From: an uncultured Chloroflexia bacterium
Lineage (GTDB): Bacteria > Chloroflexota > Limnocylindria > Limnocylindrales > CSP1-4
Direction of reading: 5' to 3'
Assembly (NCBI GenBank): GCA_963731865.1
Contig: CAVSXG010000001.1
Coordinates: 56,032-120,031 of the forward strand
Length of the DNA stretch: 64,000 nucleotides
Shown here: positions 20,736 through 31,896 of the stretch, in pieces
Numbering within the stretch: position 1 is the first letter of the stretch
Layout: the number at the start of each line of letters is the position of its first letter
The notes under the pieces: model-generated
The model's database searches: none
The model's input: only the letters and a program-made list of their open reading frames with translations
What the model was told of the DNA's origin: nothing
Program-made: the position numbers and the translations under genes

Positions 20736-20961
20736 GTACCCGTTGGCGGCGGGAGTCGAGGTCAGCCAGGAGTGGCTCCGAGTGGACCTGCGCGACGGCC
20801 GTCGACTGTCCGTTCCGGTCTCCTGGTTCGAGTGGTTGGCACGGGCGAACGATGCCGCTCGCGCAGACTTCGAAATCATCGAGGGCGGCGAGGGAATCTG
20901 GTGGAACTCTATCGACGAGGGGCTTTCCGTCCCAGGGCTGTTCGGGCTCCCGCACCACTGA
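20707..20961 (+). CDS. DUF2442 protein (putative antitoxin, TA6)
   Basis: LRVDLRDGRRLSVPVSWF..L...GIWW.SIDEGLSV.GL. Confidence 0.85.
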   Translation: MSTSTTHPDRYPLAAGVEVSQEWLRVDLRDGRRLSVPVSWFEWLARANDAARADFEIIEGGEGIWWNSIDEGLSVPGLFGLPHH

Positions 20962-20962
20962 C

Positions 20963-21320
20963 CCCTCACGGTAGCCGTTCCAGGACGGCATGTGGCGCGG
21001 CGACGAAGCTCGAACTGGCCGCCGCCAAGCGATATGCGCGGAGCGCGTTGGCTGTGCATCTGGAGGTAACGGACCTGGACAAGGCGGGTGTGGAGGTCGT
21101 CGATGACGTCCGGTTGCCGCCCGCCGTCTCCAACGAGATCGGTCGGCTTGCCGAGCGCCGCTCGCAGGCGGAGTCGCTGCGGGCGGAGGTGGCCGAGGCG
21201 ACCCGTCGGGCTGCCGCCGACCTCCGTCGGTTGGGGTTCTCGACTCGCGACGTCGGCGAGATCCTGGGCATCTCGGGCGCCCGGGTCGCGCAGATCGACC
21301 GCGAATCCGGCGCGAAATGA
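20963..21320 (+). pseudogene. HicB-like / HTH antitoxin-like ORF lacking a clear start
   Basis: ARSALAVHLEV...AEATRRAAADL..GFSTRDVGEILGISGARVAQI; N-terminus broken right after the DUF2442 stop. Confidence 0.55.
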
Positions 21321-21374
21321 ATTCCTCAACCACCCAAGCGGATGGCGTGCCGCGTCTCGCCCCGCCCGCCCAAA

Positions 21375-21665
21375 TTAGCCCGCGGAGGTCGCAGCGGCGC
21401 CGGTCCGTGCGTCGTGGACAGCGAAGACGGTCACCGTGTCAGTTGTCTCGTCGTATGCGTAGATGAGCAGCATCCACGGCCACGGTCCGATGATCAGCCG
21501 GAACCCCCGCCAGCGTCCCACCAGCCGCCGTCCGGCGAGCGGGAACGTCTCGAGCTCCGACGGCAATCTACGGACGCGTTCGAGTGTGTCCGCTGGCAGT
21601 TGACGGCTGATGATCAGCTGCGAAAGGTCCGTCCTGGCGCGTTGCGCAACGACGACCCTCGCCAT
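21375..21665 (-). CDS. RelE/ParE family toxin (TA7)
   Basis: VVVAQRARTDL, LETFPLAGR, LIYAYDE...VTVFAVHDAR. Confidence 0.8.
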   Translation of the reverse strand: MARVVVAQRARTDLSQLIISRQLPADTLERVRRLPSELETFPLAGRRLVGRWRGFRLIIGPWPWMLLIYAYDETTDTVTVFAVHDARTGAAATSAG

Positions 21666-21668
21666 CGA

Positions 21669-21929
21669 TCAGAGGTCGTCGAGCGGCACGACGCGTCCCG
21701 CATTGGCGTCGGCGACGCCTTCCATCGTCCGCTCCCACGCGCCGGGGATCGAGTCCAAAAGCGCCGTCAGGGTGGCCGCCTCCGGATCAACCTGATCGAG
21801 CGCCGTCGAGAGCAGCGAACGTGCAACAGTTCCAGGCTGAACGTAGAGGCGAGCCGCCATCTCATTGAGCCTCGCGGCATGCTCATCGTCCAGCACGACG
21901 TTGTAGCGCTTCCCCTGCCGATCGGGCAT
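21669..21929 (-). CDS. RHH-like antitoxin (TA7)
   Basis: KRYNVVLDDEHAARL...GTVARSLL; ends GRVVPLDDL. Confidence 0.75.
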   Translation of the reverse strand: MPDRQGKRYNVVLDDEHAARLNEMAARLYVQPGTVARSLLSTALDQVDPEAATLTALLDSIPGAWERTMEGVADANAGRVVPLDDL

Positions 21930-21942
21930 TCCGGCACCTCAT

Positions 21943-21988
21943 ACACAAATCGTGTAGTTCAGCGTACTCACGTGCACAATCGTGTCAA
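21943..21988 (-). promoter_or_regulatory. TA7 promoter with repeated operator
   Basis: TTGACA-N16-TACGCT on the minus strand; CACAA(A)TCGTGT twice (21944-21955, 21975-21985). Confidence 0.65.
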
Positions 21989-22053
21989 GGTAGGTCACGA
22001 ATTGCCGGACCGGCGGCGTTGCGTTCGACACCCGTTCTCCGTACGCTCGACGC

Positions 22054-22905
22054 GTGACCAACCCGGTCGTGAAGAACCTGCGTTCGCCTGACGACATCTT
22101 TCGCGCCGAGGGGATCGTGGAGCGGTCCATCGAGGTCGGCGAGCAGACGATCGGACGAGCGACCGTCCAACCGGGCTGGCGCTGGTCGGTGGACCTGGGC
22201 CCGATCGTGGGCACCCACTCGTGCGCCGTGCGCCACGTTGGAATTTGTATCTCCGGTCGCTTCCACGTTCGGATGGACGACGGGCGCGAGATCGACCTGG
22301 GGCCGGACGACGTGTTCGACATCCCGGCCGGGCACGACTTCTGGGTCGTCGGCGACGAGCCCCTGGAAACCGTAGAGATCGCCGGCATCTACGGCTTCGG
22401 GCGTCCGACACCCGGTGGCCAGTCCTACGTCACGTCAATCCTGATCACGGACATCGTCGATTCGACGGCGACACTGGCCCGGCTTGGTCGCGCCGAATGG
22501 GATCGGATCCTATCCGCGCACTACGCGCAGGCGCGCCGAGCGCTCGATCGTCATCGGGGATCGGAGATCAGGACCACCGGCGACGGGCTGCTGGCCACGT
22601 TCGACAGCGCGGCGCGAGCCGTCCGGTCGACGCTGGAAATGCACGCCGGTGCCGAGGCCCTTGGCATCCAACTCCGGGCCGGCATCCACACGGGTGAGGT
22701 GGACGTGGTCCCTGGGAACATCCGGGGCATGGCCGTTCACCTCGCGGCGCGAGTGTCGGCGGCCGCGAAACCCGGTGAGACGCTGGTCACCGGGACGACC
22801 CGCGAGGTCTGCTCCGCCGACGACCTCTCATTCGAGGATCGCGGGTCGCACGAGCTCAAGGGCATCGAGGGGGTGCGCACCCTGTTCGCGGCACGACAGC
22901 GGTGA
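22054..22905 (+). CDS. Cupin domain fused to a class III cyclase
   Basis: PGWRWS..SC...HVG.CISG...GHD; ILITDIVDST, RTTGDG, AVHLAARV. Confidence 0.88.
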   Translation: MTNPVVKNLRSPDDIFRAEGIVERSIEVGEQTIGRATVQPGWRWSVDLGPIVGTHSCAVRHVGICISGRFHVRMDDGREIDLGPDDVFDIPAGHDFWVVGDEPLETVEIAGIYGFGRPTPGGQSYVTSILITDIVDSTATLARLGRAEWDRILSAHYAQARRALDRHRGSEIRTTGDGLLATFDSAARAVRSTLEMHAGAEALGIQLRAGIHTGEVDVVPGNIRGMAVHLAARVSAAAKPGETLVTGTTREVCSADDLSFEDRGSHELKGIEGVRTLFAARQR

Positions 22906-22971
22906 CGCGAGCTGTCTGCCGTGTCACCGCCCCTACGCTTAAGTCTGGGGCGCTGACAGATTTGCTGAGGC

Positions 22972-23937
22972 TCAGGCGGCTTTCACGCTGGGGAGCACTT
23001 CTCGGCTGACGGTCTTGATGAACGCTTCCTGGTCTGGGCCGATCTGGTGCAGGTAGACCCGTTCATACCCGGCATCGACGTACTTCTGGATCCCTTCGGT
23101 GATCCGATCCAGGTCCGGACCGCAGGCCACCCGCTCCGCGATCATGTCCTCCGTGACGATCTCCGCGAGCTGCTCGAAGTGCGCCGGGTTGGGCAGCTCC
23201 TGGCCCGCTTCGCCGGGGATCGCGGCGGTCGGCCACAGGTCGCGAGCCAGCTTGCGAGCCTTCTTCTCGTCGGGACCCCAGCAGACCGTCAACTGGCCGT
23301 AGTGGGGCCGTGACTTGCCGCGGCGACCCTTGTCGAAGGCGTCGATGAGCTCGGCCTCCGGGCCGGTCCCGATGAACCCATCGCCGAGCTTGCCAGCCAT
23401 CTCCGCGGCCCGCGGCCCGGAAGCCGCGATCATGATCGGGATCGGGTCCTCCGGCAGCGTGTAGAGGCGCGCGTTCTCGACCGCGTAGAACTCGCCCTCG
23501 AAGCTCGTCACCTCGCCGCGCCAGAGGTCGCGGATGACCTCGATCGACTCCTCCAGCATCCTCGCGCGGACGTCCCAATCGGGCCATTTGTCGCCAAGGA
23601 TGTGCTCGTTCAGGTTCTCGCCCGTCCCCACGCCCAGGAAGAACCGGCCGGGCATCATCGCGGCGGTTGTCGCCGCGGCCTGGGCGATGATCGCGGGGTG
23701 GATTCGGATCGTGGGGCACGTGACCCCAGTTCCGATCTGCATCGTCTTGGTTGCCTGCGCGATCCCGCCGAGGACCGACCAGACGAAGGGGCTGTTGCCC
23801 TGCTTGTCGATCCACGGATGGAAGTGATCGCTGATCAGGGCGAACTCGAACCCGGCTTGCTCGGCCAGCGCCGCGTGCCGGACGAGGTCCGACGGGGAAT
23901 GCTCTTCGCTCGAGAGGGCGTAGCCGATGGAAGTCAT
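22972..23937 (-). CDS. F420-dependent LLM-class oxidoreductase (TIGR03557/G6PDH-like)
   Basis: GYALSSEEH, ISDHFHPW, GTGVTCP, GVGTGENLNEH. Confidence 0.92.
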   Translation of the reverse strand: MTSIGYALSSEEHSPSDLVRHAALAEQAGFEFALISDHFHPWIDKQGNSPFVWSVLGGIAQATKTMQIGTGVTCPTIRIHPAIIAQAAATTAAMMPGRFFLGVGTGENLNEHILGDKWPDWDVRARMLEESIEVIRDLWRGEVTSFEGEFYAVENARLYTLPEDPIPIMIAASGPRAAEMAGKLGDGFIGTGPEAELIDAFDKGRRGKSRPHYGQLTVCWGPDEKKARKLARDLWPTAAIPGEAGQELPNPAHFEQLAEIVTEDMIAERVACGPDLDRITEGIQKYVDAGYERVYLHQIGPDQEAFIKTVSREVLPSVKAA

Positions 23938-24098
23938 CGCTTGTTCGGGGCCTTCGTTTCCCCGTGCTCGGCTCGCTGCTTGTTGACCGTTCGAGCAGCC
24001 AGCTCCTCGGCCTTGTCGTCGGTGACTCCCTCATCCTTGTAGGAGTCCTTGATGTGCTCGTACTGGCGTTCGCGCTTGTCGCTCCAGGACCTGGGCAT
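23934..24098 (-). CDS. Small conserved hypothetical protein
   Basis: MPRSWSDKRERQYEHIKDS...AEELAARTVNKQRAEHGE; GAGG RBS; overlap with the next gene. Confidence 0.75.
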   Translation of the reverse strand: MPRSWSDKRERQYEHIKDSYKDEGVTDDKAEELAARTVNKQRAEHGETKAPNKR

Positions 24099-24498
24099 CG
24101 CAGTCGACCTCCATGCGGCGAACTCAATCGTCCACCGCACGTCGCACCGCAGGCATGCCCATCGCCGACGAAGAGGTTAAGGGGACGTTGCGAGCACCTC
24201 CGGCCTCGCGAATCTCATTGACTGTCCCGCCGGTGCTGCGCATACTTTTCGAGGCGCACGCGGCCTGGTGGGATACGACATGGCGACGACGCGTAAACGG
24301 CCTCCACAGATACCGACCCAGGACCAGATGGTCCTGATGGACAAATGGCATGCGGCCGAGCGAACCGTCGAGAGTGCCCAACTGATGGCGCGATCCGCAA
24401 GAGCCGGCGCGCGCCCCATCCGAAGCTCGTACCCGTTACCAGGGTCGTGATCTGACCAGGTCCCGGTAAGACAGCAACGCCGCTGCCGCGCGTCCGGG

Positions 24499-26372
24499 TC
24501 AGAGCGGCGGGACGAGCCCGCCGTTCACGCTGATGTTGCCCTTGTCGACGACGCCGAAGGCGCCGTAGCCGCTGCCGAGAACGATCCTGAACGTGTCCGC
24601 CCCGGCCTTGCCCAGGTCCTCGACCTCGGCGAAGAACGAGACACCCGGCGTTCCGTCCACCGTCGCGCGCCCGGTGATCGTGGCTCGTGGGCCGGCGATC
24701 GTGAGCGACTCGATGGACGTGGCGTCCACGCGGACACCGGACGTCTTGTCGCGGAAGTGGAGCGTGCCGGTCGGTGTCGCCGCCCCCAGCACGTGGGAAA
24801 CGTCGAGGCCGAACTGCCCCGTGCCGCCGACCGCGGTTCCCTTGCTGATGGTGAATTCGCCGAGCTCACCCACGAGCTTGCCGCCGCCACCCGCCGAACC
24901 CGGCGTGTTGGTCGGGCCGCAGGAGACAGCCGGCGCCATCGCAGCTCGTGAACGAGAAGACATCCATGCCGCGGGTCATGTCGCCGGTGTAGATGTAGCC
25001 CTTGTATTCCTTGGCCGACCACGTGTCGGCGCCCGGCATGACGTTCCAGCCAAGCGTGTTGCCCCACGTCGAACGCGGGTCCTCGCCGACGCCGTCGTCG
25101 GAGCGCGACGGACCCGAGAAATCGAGCCACCAGGTGCCGGCGCCGTAGTGCGCGGTCACCAGCTGACGCGACGGCAACGAGGAGACGCCATCAAAGCCGG
25201 CCTGGACCGCGCCCGGTCCGGCGGTTCCGTTGCCGCCGTTGCGGAAGACGTGGATGGTGCAGCCGCGCTCGGTGTGGCCGATGGCGGCGAGCGACGGCAG
25301 GAGCGGGTCGACGAGCAGGCCCGGGTTCGGGTAGAGCCACGAACCGAGCTTCTTCGGCGCGGCGAGGTCCTGGACGTTCCAGAAGTGCGCGGCGCCGATC
25401 TTGCCGGACGGTCCCTCGTTGCAGCCGGTCTCGGATGATGCCGCCGCCGGCCTCGTCGGTGATGACGAGGATCTTGCCGTCCGACGACGTGTCGGACTGG
25501 TGCGAGAGCTGGATGACCTGGCCGTCGGCGCCCTGCGCCGGCGTCGCGGCGTTGGGGATCGTGGCGAGGAGTCGCGCCGGGCGGCCGTTGACCGCATCGG
25601 TCACGTCGACGATCCGGGTCGAGTCGAGCCCCGCCGAGTAGAGCGTGTTTCCATCGCGCGAGAACGAAACGTCGTGAGCGTCGTCGACGACGTCGGGTCC
25701 GACGTACTGCGCCAGTCGCGCCGCGCCAGATCGGATGTCGACGACCTCGAGGCCGGTGAACGAGGTGTTGACGGAGACCCACTGGCCCGACGGGTGGATC
25801 GTCGTGGTGTGGGCGCCGGCCGAGCCCCGACTGGACAGGTAGCAGTCGACGAGCTCGGTCGTGAACGTGGCCCGGTTGGCGTCGTACCAGAGCCGGACGA
25901 TGTCGATCCCGGCCTTCGTCGAGCCGTCGGTGCCGGCGCCCTTGCCGCGGAGGCAGCTCGACGTCGCGCCGCTCACACCGAGCGAATCGAAGCCGAGGAC
26001 GAGCAGGTCGCCGCGCACGGAGACGTCGTTCTGGTAGCCCGGGTCGGTATAGCGACCGGCGGTCGTTGGGTGCGCGGGATCGGTGATGTCGAAGATCCGG
26101 GTCCCGCCGCCCATCGTCCCGACGAAGGCGTAGTCGTGGACCGTGCCGTCGGCGGCGCGTCTCGACTGGAACTCGATGTCCGTCCCGACGAAGCCGCACA
26201 CGTTGGCGACGTGCGCGAGGTTCTTCGCGGAACGCGGGACGAGCCCAGGCGTCGACACCGCCTCGCAGGGCAGCGCCACGTTGCGGACCGGGTCGAGCGG
26301 CTCGGCACCAACGACGACGGCGGCCCCAGCAGCCAGGACGAACGCGGTGAACGCAGCGATCAGCGGGCGCAT
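24499..26372 (-). CDS. Secreted LVIVD-repeat beta-propeller protein with a C-terminal post-COAP-1-like domain; frameshifts near 25440 and 24960
   Basis: Signal peptide, IFDITDP, QNDVSVRGDL, AHTTTIHP, HQSDTS, CTIHVF; C-terminal GTLHFRD...DTFRI. Confidence 0.75.
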
Positions 26373-26373
26373 G

Positions 26374-29300
26374 TCACTCCTCCCAGAGCCGGATGTCGTC
26401 GAACGTGGTGGTGCCGGTCAGGCCGCCGGTGAGCACGACGCGCACCTGCGTCGCGCCAAGAACGGCCGTCAGCAACCCGGGTGGTGCCGTGGCGAGCACC
26501 AGGCCCGTCGCGGAAAGCTGTTGGAGCACGGCCTTGCCGGATCCGGAGATCAGGGCGTCGAACCCATACCGGACGCCCGGCACGATCGCGATCGGATCGG
26601 AGGTCCACTTCCCGCCCGGTCCGGCCGACGCCGCGCCGCCGCTGTACGAGGTCTGGCCCGAGCCGGACCAGTTGTCGGGTGACGTGCCATTCGAGGACGT
26701 CTCGAAGTCGCCGTTCTGGACCTTGTTGCCGCGCACGTCTACCTGGAGCGTGCCGGTGTTGTTGGCTTCGTCGGATTCGGCAATCGCATCCGTGGGATCG
26801 ACGATCGCCTTGATCGTGTGGGCGCCGTTCGAGACGCCCTTGAGCGACCAGGCGACCGATGCCGTTGCCGTCCCGTTGGTCCCGACGTCCGCGAGCGTCT
26901 GCTCACCGATGACGACGTCGTCGACGAGGAACCGGACGACCGCACCGCCGACGGGGTTGGCGATCGTGGCGGTCACCGTGGCGCTCCTGGTGGCCTTTGT
27001 GCTCGTGGCTTCGAGGGCCGTCACGGTCAGGTCGGGCAGCGGGCGCTGCCACTGGAGCACGTTCTGCAGGACCTGGTACCCGCTGTAGGTCACCGCGTAG
27101 TTCGCCAGCCCGAACGGGTGGTAGAACTGCTCGGTGGGCATCGGGAGGAGCGCTCCCACGACCCGGACGACGCCTCCGCCGAGCGGGAGCTCGCCGAGCG
27201 TGACCTGGTCGGCGGTCGTGGTCCCGGCCGTGCGACCGCCGAGGCGCTCCCACTCGATCTGATCGACGCCCCACACGGGTGAGGTGTTGAGGTCGGTGTC
27301 GTCGTCCGCCGCGGTGACCGCGTAGCCGATCGGGACCGGCTCATAGGTCTGGTGACGGAAGCCGGGACCTTCGGCGGCGCCCGGCTGGTTGACGTTCTGT
27401 GCCAGCGGGTCGCCGTAGCTCTCGGTCGCACCGTCGCGGGTGAAGCTGATGTAGCCGGCATACACGCTGAAGTCGTTGACGAAGCCGCGTCCGATCACGT
27501 CCATGTGCGACAGGTTCCGGACGGCGCCGTCGGTCAGGACCAGGTTGCCGCCGCGCTCGACGTAGCCACGCAGGGCCGCGCCCCACGCTTGTCGTTCGGC
27601 GTCCGTCCGCGACGATGCCTCGGGCGGCGGTCCGACGTACACGTTCGAGAACGAGACTTCGAGGCCGTCCGCCGGTGCACCGGCTGCCCAGTTCACGACG
27701 CGCACCCGGTAATGGCCCGGGAGCGGCCGGAGCATCGTGGTCTCTTCGCTGGCAGCGCCAGTTGCCGCCTTGCCGGCCGACGACCAGGCGCCGGAGATCC
27801 GGCTCTGGCGTTCGATGTACAGGTCGTAGTCGACCGCGTTGTCCGCGCTGAGACGGATCGTCATCTGCTGGTTGTTGAAGTTGCCGTCCACGTCGAACTC
27901 GAAGTCGGCCGCGCACGTCGGCGGGATGCCGGCATCGACGAGGTCGGGCTGGTAGGCGCACGGTGCGGTGAGGGCCGTCTTGGTCGTCACGTCCGCGAAC
28001 GTGGTCGGGCCCTGGGCCGGCCCAGTCCGGATCGGTTCCGAGTACCCGGGCAGCGCATCGTCGGCGACGACCACGCTCGCAAACCGATCGAGGTTGACGG
28101 TCCCGGCGAGAATCTCGTCGGCCGTCACCTTGACAAGCTGTCCCGGGGCCATTGCCCCGGCCAGGTCATCGAAGAAGGCCATGTTGGTGGCCGAGTACGG
28201 GAGCTGGCCGGGATCCTCCCAGACCTGTTCGCCGCTGAACGTGATGTCGAGGTCGGCCGAACCGCCCGCGGCGGCCAGCCCAGTGGCGAGGTCCCCGGTC
28301 ATGCAGATCCGGTAGCGGCCGGGCAATGGCATGTTGCCGTGCACGGCGGCGCCCGCCTGCTGGTACGTGTCGGCCTGGTCGAAGTAGCGGTTGATCTCTT
28401 CCCACGCGTCGCCGGCATCGCCGCAAGCAGTGGCTGGCCCCGGATCCACTTCACCGGAGCGGTATTTCTCGAGGATGATCTCGGTCGTGGCGGTCTGGCC
28501 GACACCACCCACGTTCTGCGACGTGACCTTGCCTTCGACGCCGCCGTTGTACACGCCCTCGGCGAAGCCCTTGACGACGAACTCGTACATGAACCCGTTG
28601 TTCACATCGAGCGCTGCGTCGAGGATCGCAGCCTGCGGCGGAAGGCCGGAACCCGGCGGTGGCTCGGTCGGCGTGCCGTTGTTGACGAGCAACTTGGGGC
28701 TGTGGACGTACGCCACGGACCCGGGCACCCGGAACGTGTTGTCCTCGGGCAGCAACGTGAAGTTGACCATCGAGTAGACGAGGCTCTTGTTGCCGTCCAC
28801 GTGGAGCTGCTCCGCGTCGACGATGTAGCACGAGCCCACGCCGCAGTTGGACAGGTGGGACAGGCTCATCTCGTTGTCGATGCCGTCGCCGTCGAGTCCG
28901 AGCGGCGAGTTGATCCAGTCACCGAATGAGCCGGTCGTCGTGTAGGCGATCGTGTCCCACACGGTCCCCCACTGGACGCCGTACAGGCGCTGGTCGTCCT
29001 TCGCCGCGGTATTCGGCTTGATCAACGGCGACCAGGCGAGCCGCGTCTCGGCGTCGGACCAGGCGCCCTTGACCGTCTGGAGGATCCGCTGGTTCTTGGC
29101 GTAGTCCTGCTCGCCTGCGCCAAGGAGCGTGAACGAGAAGGCGCGATCGATCAGCTGGCCGTGCAGGTCGATGCCGCCGTCCCACTTCGGGCGGATCTCC
29201 TTGAGGGTCTTGCCGAAGGCGCGCGTCTCGGGCTCCGACCACGGCGTGTACGGCCGGAAGGTAGAGCCGATCGTGGGCCAGTCGCGGTTCATGTCGACGC

Positions 29301-30091
29301 CGTTGCCGTTGTAGCGCTGGAAGAAGCGCACGCCGTTGTCGATGTCGCCTCGGCGCCAGCCGTCGGGGTTCGCGAAGACGAGGTAGACGGCCGATCGGCG
29401 CAGGGCATCGCCCGCGGTGACCGACGCGCCGGGCGTCGTTTCGAGGAGAGCGTGCGGCATCGCGCCTTCCTGGGCGCAGTTCGTCCGGCCGTTTGGCTGG
29501 AGGTTTCCGGCGCCCACCGCCTCGCAGTACGCCCAGGTCGCGAGGTCCTCGGCGACGCGGACACCGGCTTCCGCACCCGCCCGCTCGATGCCGTGGATCG
29601 AGAGCGGGAAGCTGAAGAACTTCTTGTTCGCGTCAGGGACGCGTTCGTCGGTCAGGCGGACCATGTACAGGTCCGAGCGCACGCGGCCGGGCGGCAACCC
29701 CTGCCGCGGCAGGCCCGCCGAGCAGAGTCGGCCGGGTTCGTGGACGTCGCACAGTCGGACCCGTCGCCGAAGTCGTCTTCGAGGTTGTAGAACTCGACGA
29801 ATTGCGGGAACAGGGATTCGAGGTAGTCGAGACCGTTGACCATCCCGCCGTAGCTCAGGAAGTCCACCGAAGCGCAGGCGCGTTGCCCTTGGCGAACGGC
29901 GACCTCGCGGGCGCCTGGACCGGCGCCGGCCAGAAGGCGTGCGGATCCGGGAAGACCCGGCCGCACAACGAGTAATTGGCATCTGCGGCCGAGACGGCCG
30001 TTGGGCCGTTGCCCACTCCTGGAATGCCCTGTCCCAGGACCAGTGCAAGCGCGGTGAGCAGCGCCACCCCTCGCCGTCGGACTGCAGACAT
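26374..30091 (-). CDS. Secreted M14 zinc carboxypeptidase with PPC-like, CARDB and CBM-like domains; frameshifts near 29750-29890
   Basis: Signal peptide; SIHGIE, NPDG, RYNGNGVDMNRDW, IDLHG; PDLTVT...IVDPTDAIAESDEANN; VQNGDFE. Confidence 0.85.
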
Positions 30092-30286
30092 CGCTCTGAC
30101 GCCTCCGCCCCCACATGGCGCCCACGATCGAGGGCGCACGTTATGACACCACGCGCGGTGGTTTGTATGGAGAGAATGATGCCACAGCGAGTGGTGTCAA
30201 GTTACAAACGCATTACAGTTACCCTGGCGTGGCCGAGTGAGACTCCGCGCGCTCAGTTGCGAGTCATCGAGCTCGCCGGTTGCGAG

Positions 30287-30642
30287 CTACCAGTCGAGCA
30301 CGACGCAGGCTTCGTCGCCAAGGACCTCGGCCTGGTGGCCCGGATCGATCAGCAGATGGTCGCCGGCGTTTGCCTCGACCGCAGTGCCATCGTCCAGGAC
30401 GTACCGGATCCGGCCCGAGATCACGTACTCACGATGGTGAAGCGGGCAGCTATCGAAGTCGACGTGGGCTTGATGTTGCGCATCCAGCTCCAGCCTGGCT
30501 TGAGGGTAGAGAGCCAGACCGTGGATTCGTTGCCGAGACCGTAGCCCGCGAAGCCGAGGGTCACCTGGACGGAGGTCCCCTGCTCGCCCCAATCGATCGT
30601 CTCGTCCGGTTCGTTGACACTCTTCTGTTCGATACCAGCCAT
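30287..30642 (-). CDS. Cupin domain protein, frameshift near 30470
   Basis: GAGAGG RBS; LKPGWSW then SCPLHHREYVISG...PGHQAEVLGDE. Confidence 0.8.
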
Positions 30643-30654
30643 GGTTCGACCTCT

Positions 30655-31813
30655 CTAACCGCGCCGGCGCCTCAGCGGCCGGGTACATCGGCTCCGGTCC
30701 AGGCGTGCCCTCGATGGCAAAGACCTCGACGGGCTCGGCGCGGCCGCGCACCTCGATCCGGCCGAGCGACCGGAGCGGGGCGACATCTCCCGCCAGCTGC
30801 GCCGTCCGAGGACTCAGCAGGATCTCGGCTCCCACGTTCGTGGTCATCTCCTGGAGCCGCGCCGCGAGGTTGACCGGATCGCCGATCACGGTGTACTCGA
30901 GCTTGCGCTGGCTGCCCACGTTGCCGGCGACGAGCTCGCCGGTCGCAAGACCAAACCCGACGCGAAGCTCGGGCATCTCTGACTCGACTTGTTCGCGGTT
31001 GAACGCCTCCAGCGCCTCGCGCATCCGGAGCGCTGCCCGTACCGCCCGTTGGGCGTGGTCCGCCATCGGGTTGAGCGGCGAGCCGAAGACCGCGAGAAGG
31101 CTGTCGCCGCCGAACTTGTTGACGATCCCGCCTTCGCCCTCGACTTCGACAAGCATCCGTCCGAAGTAGCGGTTCAGGGTGCCGATCAGTCTCGCCGGCG
31201 GCAGCACCTCGGCCAGCGCCGTGAAGCGGCGAATGTCGACGAAGAGCACGCTGCACTCGACGATCTCGCCCTCGAGCTTGCCCTCGTGCGCGATCGCCAT
31301 GCGTGCGACCTCCGGGCTGACGTACTGGCCGAACAGGTCGCGCACGATCGCCTCGCGGCGGAGACCTTCCGTCATCCGGTTGAAGGCGGCGCCCAGGTGG
31401 CCGATCTCGTCGTCCGTCCTCGTGTCGGCCACGGCCTCGAGATCGCCGGTTTCGACACGATGCATCGCGGTCTCGAGCGACCGGATAGGCCGGACGATGG
31501 TGCGACCGACGTAGACGGCGGCCCCGATGCTCAGCACCAGACTGATCCCGGCGACGCCGAGCTCGACGAACTCGATCGGGATGCCGAAGAGGGTCCCGTG
31601 ACCGGTCGCCTCCGCGGCCGCGGCGGTCTCGGCCGCCTCCGCTCCTTCCGTGTGGACGTCGGGATCGGCGGCCGCTTCCTGCAACGACAGGATTGCCAGG
31701 ACGGCGATCGGGATGAAGGACACGACGATAAACGCCGCAAGGAGTCGGACCAGGATCGACGATCGTCGCCCGCGCGGACGTGCGCGCCGTTCAGCGGTCA
31801 CCGACTCGTGCAT
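30655..31813 (-). CDS. Membrane HAMP-domain class III adenylate cyclase (3' end uncertain)
   Basis: Two TM segments, HAMP DEIGHLGAAFNRM, VLFVDIRRFT, NKFGGD, EYTVIGDPVNLAARL. Confidence 0.9.
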
Positions 31814-31896
31814 TCGAACGCCTCTCCGTCCGCCCCGGGACTGGCGCGGATTCTACGCCTGCGACCAAAGGCTTCACGAGCTCGGCGGCCTGATGC

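Noticed and set aside
24268-24450. Small ORF MATTRKRPPQIPTQDQ
   Set aside because: No recognisable family, RBS or clear promoter; cannot be supported as a gene.
30287-31813. 508-aa cyclase-cupin fusion in the ORF track
   Set aside because: The cupin N-terminal half is in another frame with its own RBS and ATG at 30642 and a TAG just before it; the apparent fusion most likely comes from indels.
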